A DNA stretch of 44,174 bases from Phoronis australis (GCA_002633005.1 NMRA01000586.1:1-44174); one strand, 5' to 3'; counted from the stretch's first letter, positions 21,766-36,095 are shown. Numbers and translations: made by a program. The notes: generated by a model from the sequence alone, not told the origin.

Positions 21766-23161
21766 CTGTAAAACACAAAACAAGTCTCTCCTAGAAATTC
21801 GGTTAAAGTACAAATGAGTCACTCAGCTCAGTTCACAAACAAAAGTTCCTCATCACCAAATCTACATCATACTTTCAACAAAATATGACAAACTACTCAC
21901 GAATATAGGATAAATGTACTCGTTTTCACTTAACGCTTATCGTGCTTACCTACACGATCTAAACAGAGATTTAGATACATGTTTTTTCAACAACATAAAA
22001 ACATTAAAGTAACATCCACGCTGGGAGGGTTTGGTGCATTGAAAGCCTAATTCTATTCGCCAGAAAATATACATGTAGAATTTCAAGCGTCTTATTAATG
22101 AAAAGAAAACGGGAAACGTTTAAAACCCATAATCCCGAGATTTTTGTTTAAGACGATTACTCTGTGTTTAAAAGAGTCCAAGATCAGGAATGCCTAAACA
22201 ACTCAAAGTAAGTTCAATGTCTGCGCACCATCTTAAGAAATTAATAAATTAACATAATTCTTTCAGTTATAATATCGCCAAGAAATTCTTGACACTGGGA
22301 TGCCTATTTCACGTTTTTTTGAATGACCTACGGTGAGAGATTACGGTTTTAGGAAAAACATTATCAAAAGTTAAAAAAGGAAATCGCAAAATCGACAATT
22401 TCAAGTGGTTCAATGTTTTTGAAAGTTGATTTCAATTTGAAGATCTAAATATGCCTTTCATCTCTCTAAGCACCTGAATATGCAATTAAAAATAAATAGC
22501 TCTTGAAAATTTATGCCCGTTTTCGTTATCGTGACTGGAATTTGTTTCTTTAACAAAAAGGAAATGGATTTGCGAAATCCATCAAAAGTGATCGAAAAGC
22601 TGCGAGTTTTTTGTTGATCAGAAGGCCACGGCTGAAGCTGACATTAGACAAGTCCGACTACTGTTTGGCCCCTAGAGGCGTTTTTTGTTTATTTGTGTCT
22701 GACGCCGAATCTCCTTAACCCTTTGAAAGAGCTTTGTGAAATTTGAAACATGTGTTCCTATGTAGCCGTCGACAAAAGGTAATGAGTGTCGAACTGATCC
22801 ATATAACATTGTGCCCCCTAGTGACAAAACGCTTTTTACGTTGCCTACATGTATGTATCTTAGGATTTCAGTAATGTATTGTCATGAAATTCGGCAAGTA
22901 GATTTTTATTAAAGACACGACAGCGGCTTTGCATTTTGATGTTTTCTGTGACATCTGGATGATCATGGCGAGTTCCTGATGGGATGGCGTTTTCAACAGG
23001 TTGCGTTTGGATGTTGTATTCACTGGATATATCTAATATTTACAATGAGTGTAGCCCTATCAGTTCACACTCTTTTCCGGGGGAGGGCCCTCACAACAGT
23101 TTTGTGGGGGGTATCTGTAAAGAATAATTGTTTTAAATGAACTTGCAATCGAGTGCCTTAC

Positions 23162-23221
23162 CTTCTTCTGAAACACCCCCTCCAAAAGTCTGCTCAGTGT
23201 GTTGGGATCATCTGTCTCATT
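23162..23221 (-). CDS. Putative linker exon (60 nt) of the ankyrin-repeat gene
   Basis: tcttag|NETDDPNTLSRLLEGVFQKK|gtaagg; phase 0, open, between two ankyrin exons. No homology support. Confidence 0.5.
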
Positions 23222-23830
23222 CTAAGACATAAAGTACAAGTCAAAATCAAAACTCTTCTCTTTTCTTCAAGTACAGTGTAATGGTTAAATTACTGCTTGC
23301 ACAATCATTGATATCAATTATATGAAATTTTATTGTTTTATGATTTCCATCCTATATTATGTCAAGTACTTAACCTTATTTAAAATACACTCAACACATT
23401 CAAGCACAAGGGAGTAAGCAGGTAACAGCTAAATGTTGAGCATTGTTGTTGGATAACAGATCTGTGTTGTAATGGCAGCGAGTTTACGGTGTAATAACAC
23501 TGTGTCTCAGCAATTCTATTTTTTCCATGGATTATTCATGGTAAAGCTCCATCTTAATAGTTTACACTATTTCGACTCGTGATTAGCTTGCAAGTACCTT
23601 AGTTTGAAGTCATCTCAGGCCATTGAAGCTACAACTCAAAATCGCCAAAAATCAGAATATGCTATTCCAATTTGAATTTTGCATGTAGAAAATGCAAAAG
23701 ACAACTTACTGGCAAGTACAAGTTATATTGGAATTCAAATGATAACGTGGTTGCGTGAAAGAAGAGGGAAATAATCGGGTTGCTTAAAGGAAAAGAATCC
23801 AACGTGCCGTTATAACACAAATTCACATAC

Positions 23831-23914
23831 CTTTTCATGAGTCATTTCTGTCAGATAATCTTCCACGTTTTGGTGGCCAGATGTTCTTGCGTAATTCAAC
23901 GGTGTTATACCCTT
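23831..23914 (-). CDS. Ankyrin-repeat gene exon (84 nt, C-cap repeat)
   Basis: tttacag|KGITPLNYARTSGHQNVEDYLTEMTHEK|gtatgt; paralogous to 39321-39404. Confidence 0.85.
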
Positions 23915-26739
23915 CTGTAAATGTGAATTATGAATATATAATATACTACCTTGTTCAACTGATAACTTTTCTAAAACTTAATCACCACTGATATTTCGAA
24001 AAACTGTCGCCATACGTATGGCATCATTTCGACATGTTGCACCCCGTGGGTTAATACGAATAATAATCAGGCCACATTTGAGTAGCGCGTTATAATACCA
24101 AACCCCTTGAACGTTTTACTGTAATTTCACCTAGAATGATTTAATTGAAGTTACAAGAAACACATTTCGCATAGTATCCAACCATGTAAGAGAGCGTGGT
24201 GGTAAAGGAATCTATGTTAATAGTTCTGATTATAGGATAAACTGTCTATTTTTTGCGGGTGGTCTCGTATTGTTGGAGACACTGTTAATGAACAGCAACA
24301 ACAAATTTTGTAGAAACTGTCATCTTGCAGTGAATCAAGAAAAAATTAACGTCACTGTTTATAAGTGAGGTGGAACTGTTTGTCGCAACTTTAACGGTAA
24401 ATTTCTTGAAGCCAAACCGTGTTACAGACACCTACGCGTAACACTTTCCTGTCGTCTCAACTGCAGTAAAGCCTGCATTATTCTTACAGTACAGGCACTA
24501 GATTTGATAAAGGCTTGTCTGTCTAAAGTACACAGTCCTTCACCGTCAGTTCTTTTCAGTTGTTTGAGAGTATGGTTCCACCAATTTAAAGCAATGGTAA
24601 AGAAATTAGGGATAGCTCAGTTTAATGTATAATTTTTATTAGAGTTCTGCAAGTATGCCATGTGAGTAAACAAAGGACGCCAAATGACATGGCTAGGGGC
24701 TAGTGAAGTTGTTATATGTCGTATATTTACTATATGTTTAAGCCTATTGTGTACCTGACAAGGCTCCTTCAACTGAAGCCAGATATCCTGTATTGAGTGC
24801 TCCAAATGTGTTACAGAAACAATATGAGGAGGCACAAATGGACACATCCACATGTGTACTGTAAAAATGTTACTGTACACCTACGGGTTTGGAGAGGTAT
24901 GGATACACAGAACGGGTGACGTTTATTTATTCCTTTCAGACTTTCGTCGGAAATTAATTGACTGTGGCGTATAGAATTGTTATTCTGTAATTAATAATTC
25001 GGCTCAATATCGATTCTATTATAGTATCAAAACGGAACTATCCGCACATTTTAGACCAATGCCTACTAAGGAAAATATTTACTCGTTTCAAGTGCTCAAT
25101 ACACAAGCTTCATATCGAAACAAGGGGGCACGCATGTCTAACAAAGTATGATGGATTGTTAAAGATACTATTTCCTTTATTTCCACCTGCTTAAGTCACA
25201 AAACGCGTCTGCCAGTCGAAAGACATCACTAAAATTAACACTTTTCGTCTGACGACGACGACGAGTGGTATCACTTTGTTGCCTCGGCTCAAACAGGTAT
25301 CCCAAGTGACCCGACATTTCACATTAAAATTTCTTTTTCCTACAATATGAAGAACGCCACTTGACTGCACGCTATAATGGGGCATCGATTTGAACCCCAT
25401 CAACTACGTCACGAGAAAGAGCGCTCCAATATAAGTTTACTTTTGGATGTTGAATTATTTGTGAAATTAATAAACCACCCATAGAAGACTATGCAAAACA
25501 TATTCAGAATAAAATACAGTTCCGTTTTAAAACAAGGCGCCCTTTCATGAATATCGTACATTAGTCCAGTCATTCTAGGGCTCCAGAGGGCCCAACCTAC
25601 AAAAAATTGCAACAGAAGGTTTTCTTGCATAAATGGCTTCTTCAAACATTCCTTGGTGTCACAAAAAAATCTACCGAAGTGGCGGAAGTCTGTTTTTCAA
25701 GATGGCGGAAAAAATGTTTACTGTTTTCTGGCATATTACTCTTATGTAACAACTAAACATAAAACAATTAAGTTTGTCATTGGTTATATACTTTTCATAA
25801 CAGGCATACCAATCAAAAGATGCCAATTTTCCGTAAAATAAAACCAATATGGCCGACAAAATTGCGGTCGAAATGGCAATTTGGTACATGTTGCAAGATT
25901 TCTTTTTATATTTTGCCCTGAAAATGGCAAAAGTTTTACTCTTTTGTAAGTTAGACAATTGAAAATATCTGGACCTTACAATTGGTCACTGGTTTACGAG
26001 AAAAAAATCAAGATGGCTGACAAAATGGCCGCCAAAATGGCTGCCAATTCACAAACCCAAATTTACCACATTTACGTTCTGCAAACTTTGTTTGTAACCT
26101 GATACGCATTTACACAAACAAATTTTACAATCTACAGTCAGGGTTAATGAGTTGATTGTTTCTATAATTTGTTTTCAAGGTTTAGCTACTAATTGTGGAA
26201 TTTAATCACATTTTAGATTATATAACATAAAAGTTGGTGTGCTTTTCAGAAAAGGTGTTAGTTAAATTTTCATAATAAATTTCACAAAATCAATTATTTT
26301 TCTGTAAAATATATTCATTTGCGGTATCAAAATTAATATTTGTTAGAAAAATATGTTATTCTGGTGGAGTTCTTGGCTTAATTATTACACAGACCCTTAA
26401 TAAAGTTGGGCAGGAAGTGGCTTTTTCTCTGCTATTGGAGATAGTATTAGTTGTTCCCAAGCATCAATTTCGTCTGCTGCTGGCATGTATTGAGAATTTG
26501 GCGGCTGATTTCACCTGAATTTGATGAAAAGCAAATAGGATTGTGTAACAAAAAGTTATTAATTAAATTTTAATAGTTAGGACCCCCAATTTGTTTAATA
26601 TGGATGCTTTTTATGAACATAGGTAACTGATTTTAGAGCAAATTAGTGCCTGCAAACAAAACGACAGTGATCTGCAGTCACTTTTTCTTAGCCAGGCTTG
26701 GAAGATTTCATACTGAGATGAGCTTTCTGGTATGTGTTT

Positions 26740-28800
26740 GATACGTAATGTCAGGCACAGGGCTTCAAGAAGTTCTTGAGACGGTGCATGCATCAAACAG
26801 TGTGATCCTTATGTTCAATGGAAAAAGTGTGAATAGAGCACTGAGGGGGCATATGTTGGTAGACTCAGCACTGAATGCTATCATAAAAGCCAGAACATTC
26901 AACATCCCACTTCCAAATATTGACAGATCAAGTAACGCCAACCCAAAACCTATGAAAAAAAAATTCAGGCTCTTCAGAAATTCCGGAATGTCACCAACAT
27001 AGAACACACAGATTCCATGCCAAGAGGTGGAGCAGTTCAATGCTTGAACACAAATTTTTGCTCGTCAGAATATGCAGACAGATTCTTCAGACATCCCAGA
27101 CATCCCAACTGATCACATAACCAGATGTATACTCTGGAGCATGCCATGTCCAGCCAGTGTCTTCCGATTCTGAACCTTGGATTACAGTGGAATGCCCTCA
27201 CGAGAGTTCACTTCTGGCTTCCCACCTACTGCCATTGGTATATTCAAACACGACTGAATCAGAATATAGGTCTTCAGAATTCGCAGTGACAGAGAATAGT
27301 TCGTCAGAAGAATCAATGGCCAATGATATTCTTCATGATGATTTGAGAGCTGGTCTGAGGCGGTATGATGATCTTATTGCTGGCATGACGTCTGTGTGCG
27401 ATGATGTATGTTCGTCGGAGTGTCTTGTGGGTATTAATGAGAAAAAATCGAAGCACATAAATCAGACTTGTCCCTGCAAAGTCGAATCATTAGTCTTTGG
27501 CTACAGTATATGAAGATGATTGACACCCTTCGACTTTTTAAAAACCAGAAATAACGTCAGATTGGGAGCTTCACTTAAAATTCGTTTCTCAAATGCTGAA
27601 TTATTTTGCAGCTGCTGGTCGCAACTCGTATACAAAATCTTCATACATATACTTGCAGCAGACGTAGCAACTCAAAGACACCCGTCAAAACGTTTACGGC
27701 CAACACACCATAAGACAAAGTGACAGATTCTGGGCAGGCTTGTCATAATGAGATATGATCATGTAATTGAACAAACACTCATGAAAAGTATTAAAACAAC
27801 AGGGGGTTTAACTAGAGGTTGCAAAATGGGAGATACACAGAGTGCACTGTGGCTGCTTTCCTTGGCGGCATGCTCAAGTATAAATGGTACCATGTAGACT
27901 GTGACAAACTTGAGTTTTGAAACAAGTCAGCAGCATAAAGAATGTACCCAGGCAAGACAGTCGCGTAACGACAAAGACATCCGCAGCCTTGTTGAATTCC
28001 TCCACAACAGTAACCCATTTTAAAGAGAAACATTACAGAACATCGCCACTGGTGTGACTGCAGGCATATGCGTCAGTGCCGAAAATGCCAGAGAACTGGG
28101 GAAGGCGGTTCACTTGTCTATGGAGGGGTCAAGTGTGAAAGACTTCACATTCAGAAAGAAAGACAAGNNNNNNNNNNNNNNNNNNNNNNNNNNNNNNNNN
28201 NNNNNNNNNNNNNNNNNNNNNNNNNNNNNNNNNNNNNNNNNNNNNNNNNNNNNNNNNNNNNNNNNNNNNNNNNNNNNNNNNNNNNNNNNNNNNNNNNNNN
28301 NNNNNNNNNNNNNNNNNNNNNNNNNNNNNNNNNNNNNNNNNNNNNNNNNNNNNNNNNNNNNNNNNNNNNCAGCTGAAGCAAGACATATTTGAAGCTGGTA
28401 AGAGTTGTATCTGTGCTTCATGGCGGTACTGGCTCTGGAAATTTGGATGACTTGCGATACAGGCAATTTGTGGATGAGGTGTCAGACTAGCTATAGTCCA
28501 AATGTAGTCATTATCACCAACTTTCTTCAGTAGCTAAATTCCATGCTGCCGGGACATATTATCAAGAGCAAGAGCAGTCAAGTTTTCGTGGCAGTGGCCT
28601 TTACTCGCTGTAATGGGGATGGATACTGGCAGGTGAAAAATTCATTCCCACGACGACGGACCATGCAGCAGCACCAGAGAACCTGCTGAAAGTTGTGAGA
28701 TGCTCGTGTAAAACCAACTGCAGTTCCAAGAGATGTACTTGCAAGAAGATTGCCGTACTCGGTTGCATGTGGAGAATACCGTGGTTTTAGCTGCAGAAAT
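26740..28800 (+). pseudogene. Academ-like transposase pseudogene with C-terminal Cys cluster
   Basis: Frameshifted fragments RALRGHMLVDSALN, YFAAAGRNSYTKSSYIYLQ, DRFWAGLS, IEQTLMKSIKTTGGLTRG, LQNIATGV, LDDLRYRQF and APENLLKVVRCSCKTNCSSKRCTCKK. Confidence 0.75.
28168..28369. other. Assembly gap (N run)
   Basis: About 200 consecutive N. Confidence 0.99.
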
Positions 28801-31644
28801 TCATTCTCAGTTGACAGAGAGTAGTTGTGTAAATACTGGTTGATTGTGTATAGATTCATTAGCATTTGCAACTGACTGGAAGTGACACAGTGTGGATAGT
28901 AGATCACTGAACTGATTGCAGACAGTTATTTTCAATACAGCACATTTTCAGGAGGAGTCTGATCCTGCAGTCCAGGCAAACATGATGCTTTTGACCCAAA
29001 GAATTTACTCGTTAAACCATCTTGAAAATGGTAGTCGTAATCATCACGAGCCAGGCAAAAATTGTAATGGACGTGCTGACCTAAAAAACTCAGGATATGG
29101 CGTGTCTCTGGAATCTGAAGTTCGTACACGAAGCAACGATGTGGTGGCCATCTTAGAAAATGGTGGAAGTAATCATTAGAGCCAAACGTAACGAGTCGAA
29201 ATGGATTAGTCGACCAAGAAAATCTATGAAACAGGACGCTCTTCTGTTTGTGCCAAGTTGTGCGCCTGATTCGAAATAGTTTTGGAGGCCATCTTGGAAA
29301 ATGGCGGACGGTGTCACCTCAGTCATGCAAAACCATTTCCAATGGATTTGATGACCCAAAAAACATACCTAAACCTTTTTGAAATTTTGCTCTATCACAT
29401 TCCACTCTTGAGTTATAGTGAGAAGCAGAAAATCTGGCGGCCATTTTGTCCGCCATATTGAAAAACCACCTTCCGCCACTCCGATTCCGGTAGACTTTTT
29501 TCCCACTAAGGGGTGTGAAAGGATGCGATTTATGCAATAAAACCTGTTGCATTTTTTCCGGGTTATCCGTAGAATGACTGGACTATGGGCAGGTGCCTTG
29601 AGGATCCAAAATCAGAAGCTGGTCAGAATATGAGCTACTCAATCAGGAATTAGATATATTGTAGAATACATGGGGAATTGCCCACAAGATTCGATAAAAA
29701 ATTACAAAAATTCAGCAAATCAAAGAAAAACTTGAACAGGACCATCGAACAGAAAATACGGGAGATATTATAGATTTACAAGCCGCAGCTCCGATTCAAC
29801 GAGGGAAGATAACCGGATGGTCAAATTGTAGGCAACTGGGGATGAAACGCGTGTCGATTAACTGGGTGGAACACATATAGCTTCACAATTCTTTATTCAA
29901 GCGAGAACACATATTAGGGAACAATTCAACTTCGGTATTTATTACGTACACTGCAAACACCACTTCAAATACTTCGATCTGCTTCATCATACCTTACAAC
30001 ACTAATGCAATTTTATCCCCGATAACCAGAAAACATGCCTGAGAAATGTTTGGCTCCTAGAGCAGAAAACTAAAAGCTCCCAGAGACCAAGAGATCATAT
30101 CATCAGAAATTAAAAATCTTTACAAGCAAACCCTAGAAATACCTGGTGAGCAGATTGCTTTCTGTTTCAGTGACACAGAACCACTTTCAATACTGCAATC
30201 TAGTCTGTTAATGGCATTCCAGGAAAATGGACGTCAAGAAGTCTGTGCCATTCAACAATAATTCCCAAAATGCTTTTTTTCCTCCATACAATTGGTAAAA
30301 ATAGACCAAAACATTATTTTACTATACAGAACCAAAAATACCCAAAAGCAGAATTTTGACTGTAGTTGACTGAAGATCAGGTGCTTATGTCTGGACGGTA
30401 CTGTCATCACAATAAATTGTTCAAAGGAAATAATGCGCATTTCAGCACTTTTTACAAATTATTAATTTTCGCTGTTGCCTTTTGCTGAAATCAACTGAAC
30501 TGATTCAAATCAGCTCAATACCCTTACAATACACTGCCGTTTATTTACCAATTCAAATTAACTGGCACAGCCCTATAGCTGCAGTGCCTGTTAATCTGAA
30601 TTGATATTTTTCAGCCATACCAGTGAATGAGATCGCAATAGGGTGGTTGCATTTATTTTCAGTGTTAGAATCGCTAGGGGCGTGGTTCCGGACGTCACGC
30701 TGCTCTTTATTTACTATCTACATGTACAAGTGATTATTTATTACGTTTTTTACCGGTTACAGTCATCACTATCTTAACGGCAGTTTTCAAAAGTTAGTGT
30801 AACTAATAAATAATGAGTTTAAAACCTTAGCCTCGCAAACGTTTCACAATATGTGATCTTTTAAGGACTCATTTGCAGTTGAAACGTGTTTTTGTGTACT
30901 ACCTGGTGCTTGAGAAGTTACTGGAATGTTACAAATCTAGATGAAACCTGAAGTCCAACCATTAACTTAAGCCCTTATCACGTGTATACAAAACGTTGAA
31001 ATATCAGAGAACTTACTTAACATTCGGTCTCACTAAATTTCGGTAATACTGCCACACAGTCGCTGGTCATGATATTGGGCAATTTTCATGAGGCTGTAGC
31101 GTTTGTATATGTACCTGCTTAGTTTTGTTAGAAGCATTGTATTAATTCTGCTTAAAAAATCGTAATATGCAATTCAGAGCCCGAGGGCTGGGTTGTGCGA
31201 TGGGAATTCTATTTGTACAGTTGCTTGCAACCTCAAGTCGCGGTTGAAAACTATTTCATGTTTGCGCCACTAAAATTCAATCGGACCATCACCGGCTGCT
31301 CCTGGCAACTCAGGAAAGCAAGGAACAAAATAACAGAGAAACGCCAACATCTTTGTGGGGAGCTGTACAATGCAGGAATTGTTCTGGTCGTGGTTTCACA
31401 GCAACTTCTTATGTCTAATTAAAAAGCTGATTGTACATTTTCGGAGAAGTCATCAGCATATTTTCTTGTCAAATCAATGAAATGATTGTACGTTTGTATG
31501 GCCAACAGAAACGTTAAATGCAAATGACATGTTGATTAAAAATGGGAGATATAGAGAATCTTACTTTAGTCTCAAGTTCATGAAATGGGAAAACCACTCG
31601 GAGATTTCGTCAAAATCCCGAGGCTTGTCCAGGTAGTACAAGTT

Positions 31645-32891
31645 AAACTAGAAAGATTATTGTCACGGCGTGACAATAACGGACTCTGCGCGTGCGTATT
31701 ACTGGAATTATTATGGAAAGTTACTGACAGCAACCAGTTTACCAATATGAAAAGGAATTCTTTAAAATTATAGGAGAAATTACATATTAATTTTTTGACG
31801 AACTCTCCACTAATTGACCTCTTCCGGTGCATTGAGCCCCGATGAGGGAGTAACTGTTAACTCAATTAAAAGTGTGGTTAATGCTAATAATCACAGATGT
31901 TTTACTTTAAGCACTTCAGAATACAAGATGAATGAATTGGTCAAACTTTCAGAAGAAAAATGCACCTAATGACCCCATGGGTGCACCAAATGACCTGAAA
32001 ATTTAGAATTCAAACTCAATCGCACTTGGTAAACAGATACGTAATTCTGAAGTCTCTAGCTCAAAATTTTAGTTTGCACCCAATGACCTTTGACCTATTT
32101 TTTCTGATTGGTTAGGCCTATTGCGAAGTAAAGTAGGGTATTCAATTGGCATGTTGACTTAAACCAGTGTGCTGAAATTGAAAAGAATTCCCTGAAAAAC
32201 GTAAGAGATATAACATTTTGAACGTTACACGACCTTTGCACTAATTGACCTTATCCGGTGCATTTTAAGCTTCTTTAGGAGAATTATTGCAAAGCCCATG
32301 GAAAATGTGTTTAACGATGAGAATCACAGTTGTCTAACGGTTGACACATCAGAATACTTGCTGATTGAAAAGGTCAAATTTTCAGAAGAAAAATGCACCT
32401 AATGACCCCATGTTTGCACTAAATGACCTGAAACCTTGGATTCCGATTTAATTTTCCTGTGGCAATCAGACCTGTTGATTTGAAGGGTCTAGCTCAAAAT
32501 TTTAGTTTGCACCTAATGACCTTTGACCCATTTCACCTGATTGGATGACCCGATTACTTAGAAAAGTAATTTTTTTAATTGTCATGTTGACTTATACCTG
32601 TGCTCCGACTTTGAAAAAGATAGCTTTAAAACTGAAGGAGGAGTAGCATTTTGAAAATTATACGACCTTTGCACCAAACGACCTCTTCCGGTGCAACATG
32701 GAATATGATTATATAACCAATCAAAATTTATATACTGTCAAAAGTCATATGCTGAATTTAAAAACCGTACCTGCACCCAATTTGGAGTTATTAAGCGTCA
32801 AACTTGGTCGGAAGAAGAATAAGAAGAATAAGAATAAAATTGAAGAAAACCCAGGAACAACAGTACTCTGCGCTTACACGCGCAGAGTAAT
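31645..32891 (+). mobile_element. Second HINE-like family element with two ~432-bp internal repeats
   Basis: 5' hairpin TTATTGTCACG-G-CGTGACAATAA (31657-31679) and subterminal inverted repeat ACTCTGCGCGTG (31683) / CACGCGCAGAGT (32877). Also TGACCT-rich repeats, an AAG/AAT microsatellite and a 3' hairpin at 32864-32889. Confidence 0.7.
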
Positions 32892-33416
32892 TACTACAAA
32901 AACTTTAAGGTAATAATTGAACTACAAATTGATTGTTTCAACGATTGTTTGTGAAATGCGCAAACTGGCAGAGGAAACATGCTGTATATCTGGTTATGGA
33001 TAATAAATACAGAGTGGGTGTTTTGTGATAGTGGAATTCTATCGAGGATGACTTTCACGTTTTGTTAGTTTGTCACGTTTCTATAAAATTAGAATGCAAT
33101 TTTGCAGTGAGAGCATGCGGAAAACCCCCTTCTCTGTATAACAGTTATGCCCCAGTAAAGCGGACATCTTGGTTGGGAAATACGTTTATTGTGCCTGTAA
33201 AAAGAAAAAGAAGAATACGATGCGTGTTGCTCACCTACATGTATGTGCTTAACACTGTCTTGTTTTAGGTTGTACTTTGGGCTGATGGCTGTGTGTACAA
33301 CTAGATCATTTCATCGTAAAACCAAGGGGCTTTTCTTGGTTTTGGGAAATTTTGTGATTGAACGCCAGTTATTTCAATCCCATTTTAAATGTCAAACCTG
33401 AAAATGTAGTACTTAC

Positions 33417-33512
33417 ATGGTCAGTAACAGAAACGTCGGCTCCTCGGTCAACAAGTAATTTAATCACTCGTAACGAACCATGTTTGGCTGCCAGATGGAG
33501 CGGCATCTTCCC
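33417..33512 (-). CDS. Ankyrin-repeat gene exon (96 nt, core repeat)
   Basis: ttaacag|GKMPLHLAAKHGSLRVIKLLVDRGADVSVTDH|gtaagt; canonical ankyrin consensus. Confidence 0.92.
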
Positions 33513-33536
33513 CTGTTAAATATAAAGCGAGTTTAA

Positions 33537-34458
33537 AGGAGCATGTCACCCAAAAAACAACCCAATTTGTATCATTTTAGATGGAGTAGTTCTACTCCAT
33601 AAGGGCACGTACGGTTGCGTTACCTGACACCTGACGGCAAACGGACGTATTGAAATTGTAAAATGACGTAATTGGTTTCACACGAAGTCTTTTCAGCAGT
33701 TCACAACACGGCCGGTAACGCAGTGATTTATTCATTGCTGGCTTATCGAATTATTTGCACTCACGAACACTCCAAAAGCATTACAAATTGCACCTAATGA
33801 GACAGACTTTGTATCAGTTTTACATTGGTATTGGTAAGGGTGAGAATAATTCCTTCTGAAACAGAACGCTCAATAATAAACGTCAATATGGCAACTCTCA
33901 ATCCCGACTTAGACGAGAGCTCATCCGATGGGACGAAGATTTCGCAGGTGGATCGTTAAGTTTCACAGGCTATCGGTTCGAACAGGAATACAGTGATGAA
34001 GAAATACTAGAGAGTTGCCGTGAACAAGCTCAGACAACGGAGCGTATAGATAGTTATTTGGTAAACCGGCATTCGTCAGTGAGGCACTGTCCCGCGACGA
34101 GTGCAGGCCACAGACACGAAGATGTTTCACGGCCTCATACTAACTATTTACAGCGTACTTTTTATTCTTCACTACTGCGAGCCACTTCCTAAGCATTTCG
34201 GACTCTCGAAGAAGTCGAAAAAACGATATACCCGCTTTCCTCGCAGCTGCATAGTTCGGACAAGCGGAAACGATGCAACGCAACATAGCGGCATTAACTC
34301 TGCAAATGAAGCACTGACGTCGCTGCGTCATTTCTCACCTTCCTCACACGTTAACGCGACACCTCTTGGCAAAGTAAGATCGACTGTATGCGAGGCCACG
34401 TGGATATAGACGGATTAAGACGGCAAGAAAGACTAATTAAATCGGTTGGCATTCTCCT
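33537..34458 (+). mobile_element. Kolobok-like non-autonomous element
   Basis: Imperfect TIRs TTAA|AGGAGCATGTCACC ... GGTTGGCATTCTCCT|TTAG with a TTAA-type target; internal remnant GYRFEQEYSDEEI. Confidence 0.5.
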
Positions 34459-34776
34459 TTAGTAAGAGTAATAACGTGAGAATAGCAGGCAAATGTGAGA
34501 ACATGACATGTCACAGATTTTTGACAGACCAGCTATTTGAACACCTGGTTGGAATGATTATAACCAAAAATTAATGCTTTTAGTGTGAAAAACTGACGCA
34601 TCCTATAAAATTAGCCCTTTGTCACTAAGGCGGTGAAGTTTAATCGGTGATAATGCCAATTTTAGCAAACTTTAGAGAACGTCAGCAAAATAAAAGAAGA
34701 AGAAAAGAGTGAACCTCCCCACTCAGTTGAAGTGCAATGTGTTACGGAGAATTGGTTGATAACACAGAGTTCGTAA

Positions 34777-35480
34777 TTTTTATGTGCTCGCATATTGCTA
34801 TTTGGGTGCATATTGCCGTCATCTCCGCCTGGGCGTCCGGGCTTCCGATTGTCAGGTACCTACAGCCGTATCTCCAAAACCACACCAGGTCTTGATGAGA
34901 AAGATGCGTTTCTGTGACGCTGACGACAGTTTACGACGGATTTCGTACGGATCCGACTACCAGTGTATCCCTAGTGGCAATTCTTTTTTTTACACTTACC
35001 TCTGTATCTTCAAAGGTCCTCAATGGATTTTCATGAAATTTGGCTTCTATTAGTAAGCCGACGTTATCTGTTGTTTTCGTATGGATTCGAGGTATTTCGC
35101 GCCTCCTAGTGGCCATTTTTACTGTTTTCGAGTCTATTTCTGAGGTGTCAACCAAACCACTCAAAGGATGATTGTGGAAATGGGCAAATGTTCTTAGTGT
35201 TAAGAAGGCTGTTGGTGATGATTTTCCGATGATTTTGTGTACTGTGGCGTCTCCTAGCGGCAGTTTAGTTTTTTGCGTCCATAGCTGTATCTTCTAAGCC
35301 CCTTGCAGGATCTTCGTGAGATTTGACACATGTTTCTATGATTCTGACGAACGACGTGAACAAATTTCGGACGGGTCCAAACACCGGTGTGCCTCCTATA
35401 TGTAATTTAATTCTTTTACGTTTACCCCTGTATATTCAAAGGTCCTCAACGGAATTTTATTCAACTTGCCATATAGGGCA
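34777..35480 (-). mobile_element. HINE/pearl-like element, partial, reverse orientation
   Basis: Reverse complement of the 3' end and CCTAGTGGC subrepeats of the 17983-19786 family. Confidence 0.7.
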
Positions 35481-35639
35481 GTTCATTATTTGTTATTGCG
35501 TTACTATCACAAATTAAATTGCTGCAGCCAAAGAGTGATGTATTTAGCACCGTGCAAAAGATTAACTGTCTTAACCAATTGGCCCACCCATGACGTGTTT
35601 ACAGAATAGTGATCGTTACGAAATCTAAAAATCACTTAC

Positions 35640-35735
35640 CCCACACATTTTTTGATCGAGCTCAAATTCTTTATTGTCCAACATTTGCTCGATGGTGTCA
35701 ACATCATCCTCTTTGAGAGCAGTTAATATTGGTCC
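35640..35735 (-). CDS. Ankyrin-repeat gene exon (96 nt, N-cap repeat)
   Basis: attgtag|GPILTALKEDDVDTIEQMLDNKEFELDQKMCG|gtaagt; phase 0. Confidence 0.8.
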
Positions 35736-36095
35736 CTACAATATAACGGTAACAACAACCACAATCCTACAAATAACCAAAATCACAAACAACAACAACA
35801 ATAACAAGACTCCGTATAAGAGATGTCTAAACCGAATATATTTCACAGTGAGCATATTTCTACTCTTCTCAGCACTTAGAAACAACCCGTTTTCTGTAAA
35901 AACTAACTTTTGATTGAGGACACACGGCACTGTTTCATGCCAGATGCGAATTTGAAGTCTTAAAAATTTTCACCAATTTTGACGATAGATAATGTTTCAA
36001 CACAAACCATGGAGGCTGAGAACGTCCGAAAAAGAAACGTTAGTACAGAAAGCACTGCATTTAACGGGACTGCAAACAATAAAAGCATTGGACTA

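Larger units (their letters stand above)
25562..29585 (+). mobile_element. Decayed Academ-like DNA transposon
   Basis: Perfect 16-bp TIR TAGTCCAGTCATTCTA (25562-25577 / 29570-29585), longer imperfect subterminal inverted similarity with AARATGGCG motifs, and internal transposase remnants. Confidence 0.75.

Noticed and set aside
29590-30140. Possible L1-like ORF2 remnant on the plus strand
   Set aside because: Only vague similarity (LNRTIEQKIREIL..) with stops and no diagnostic motif.
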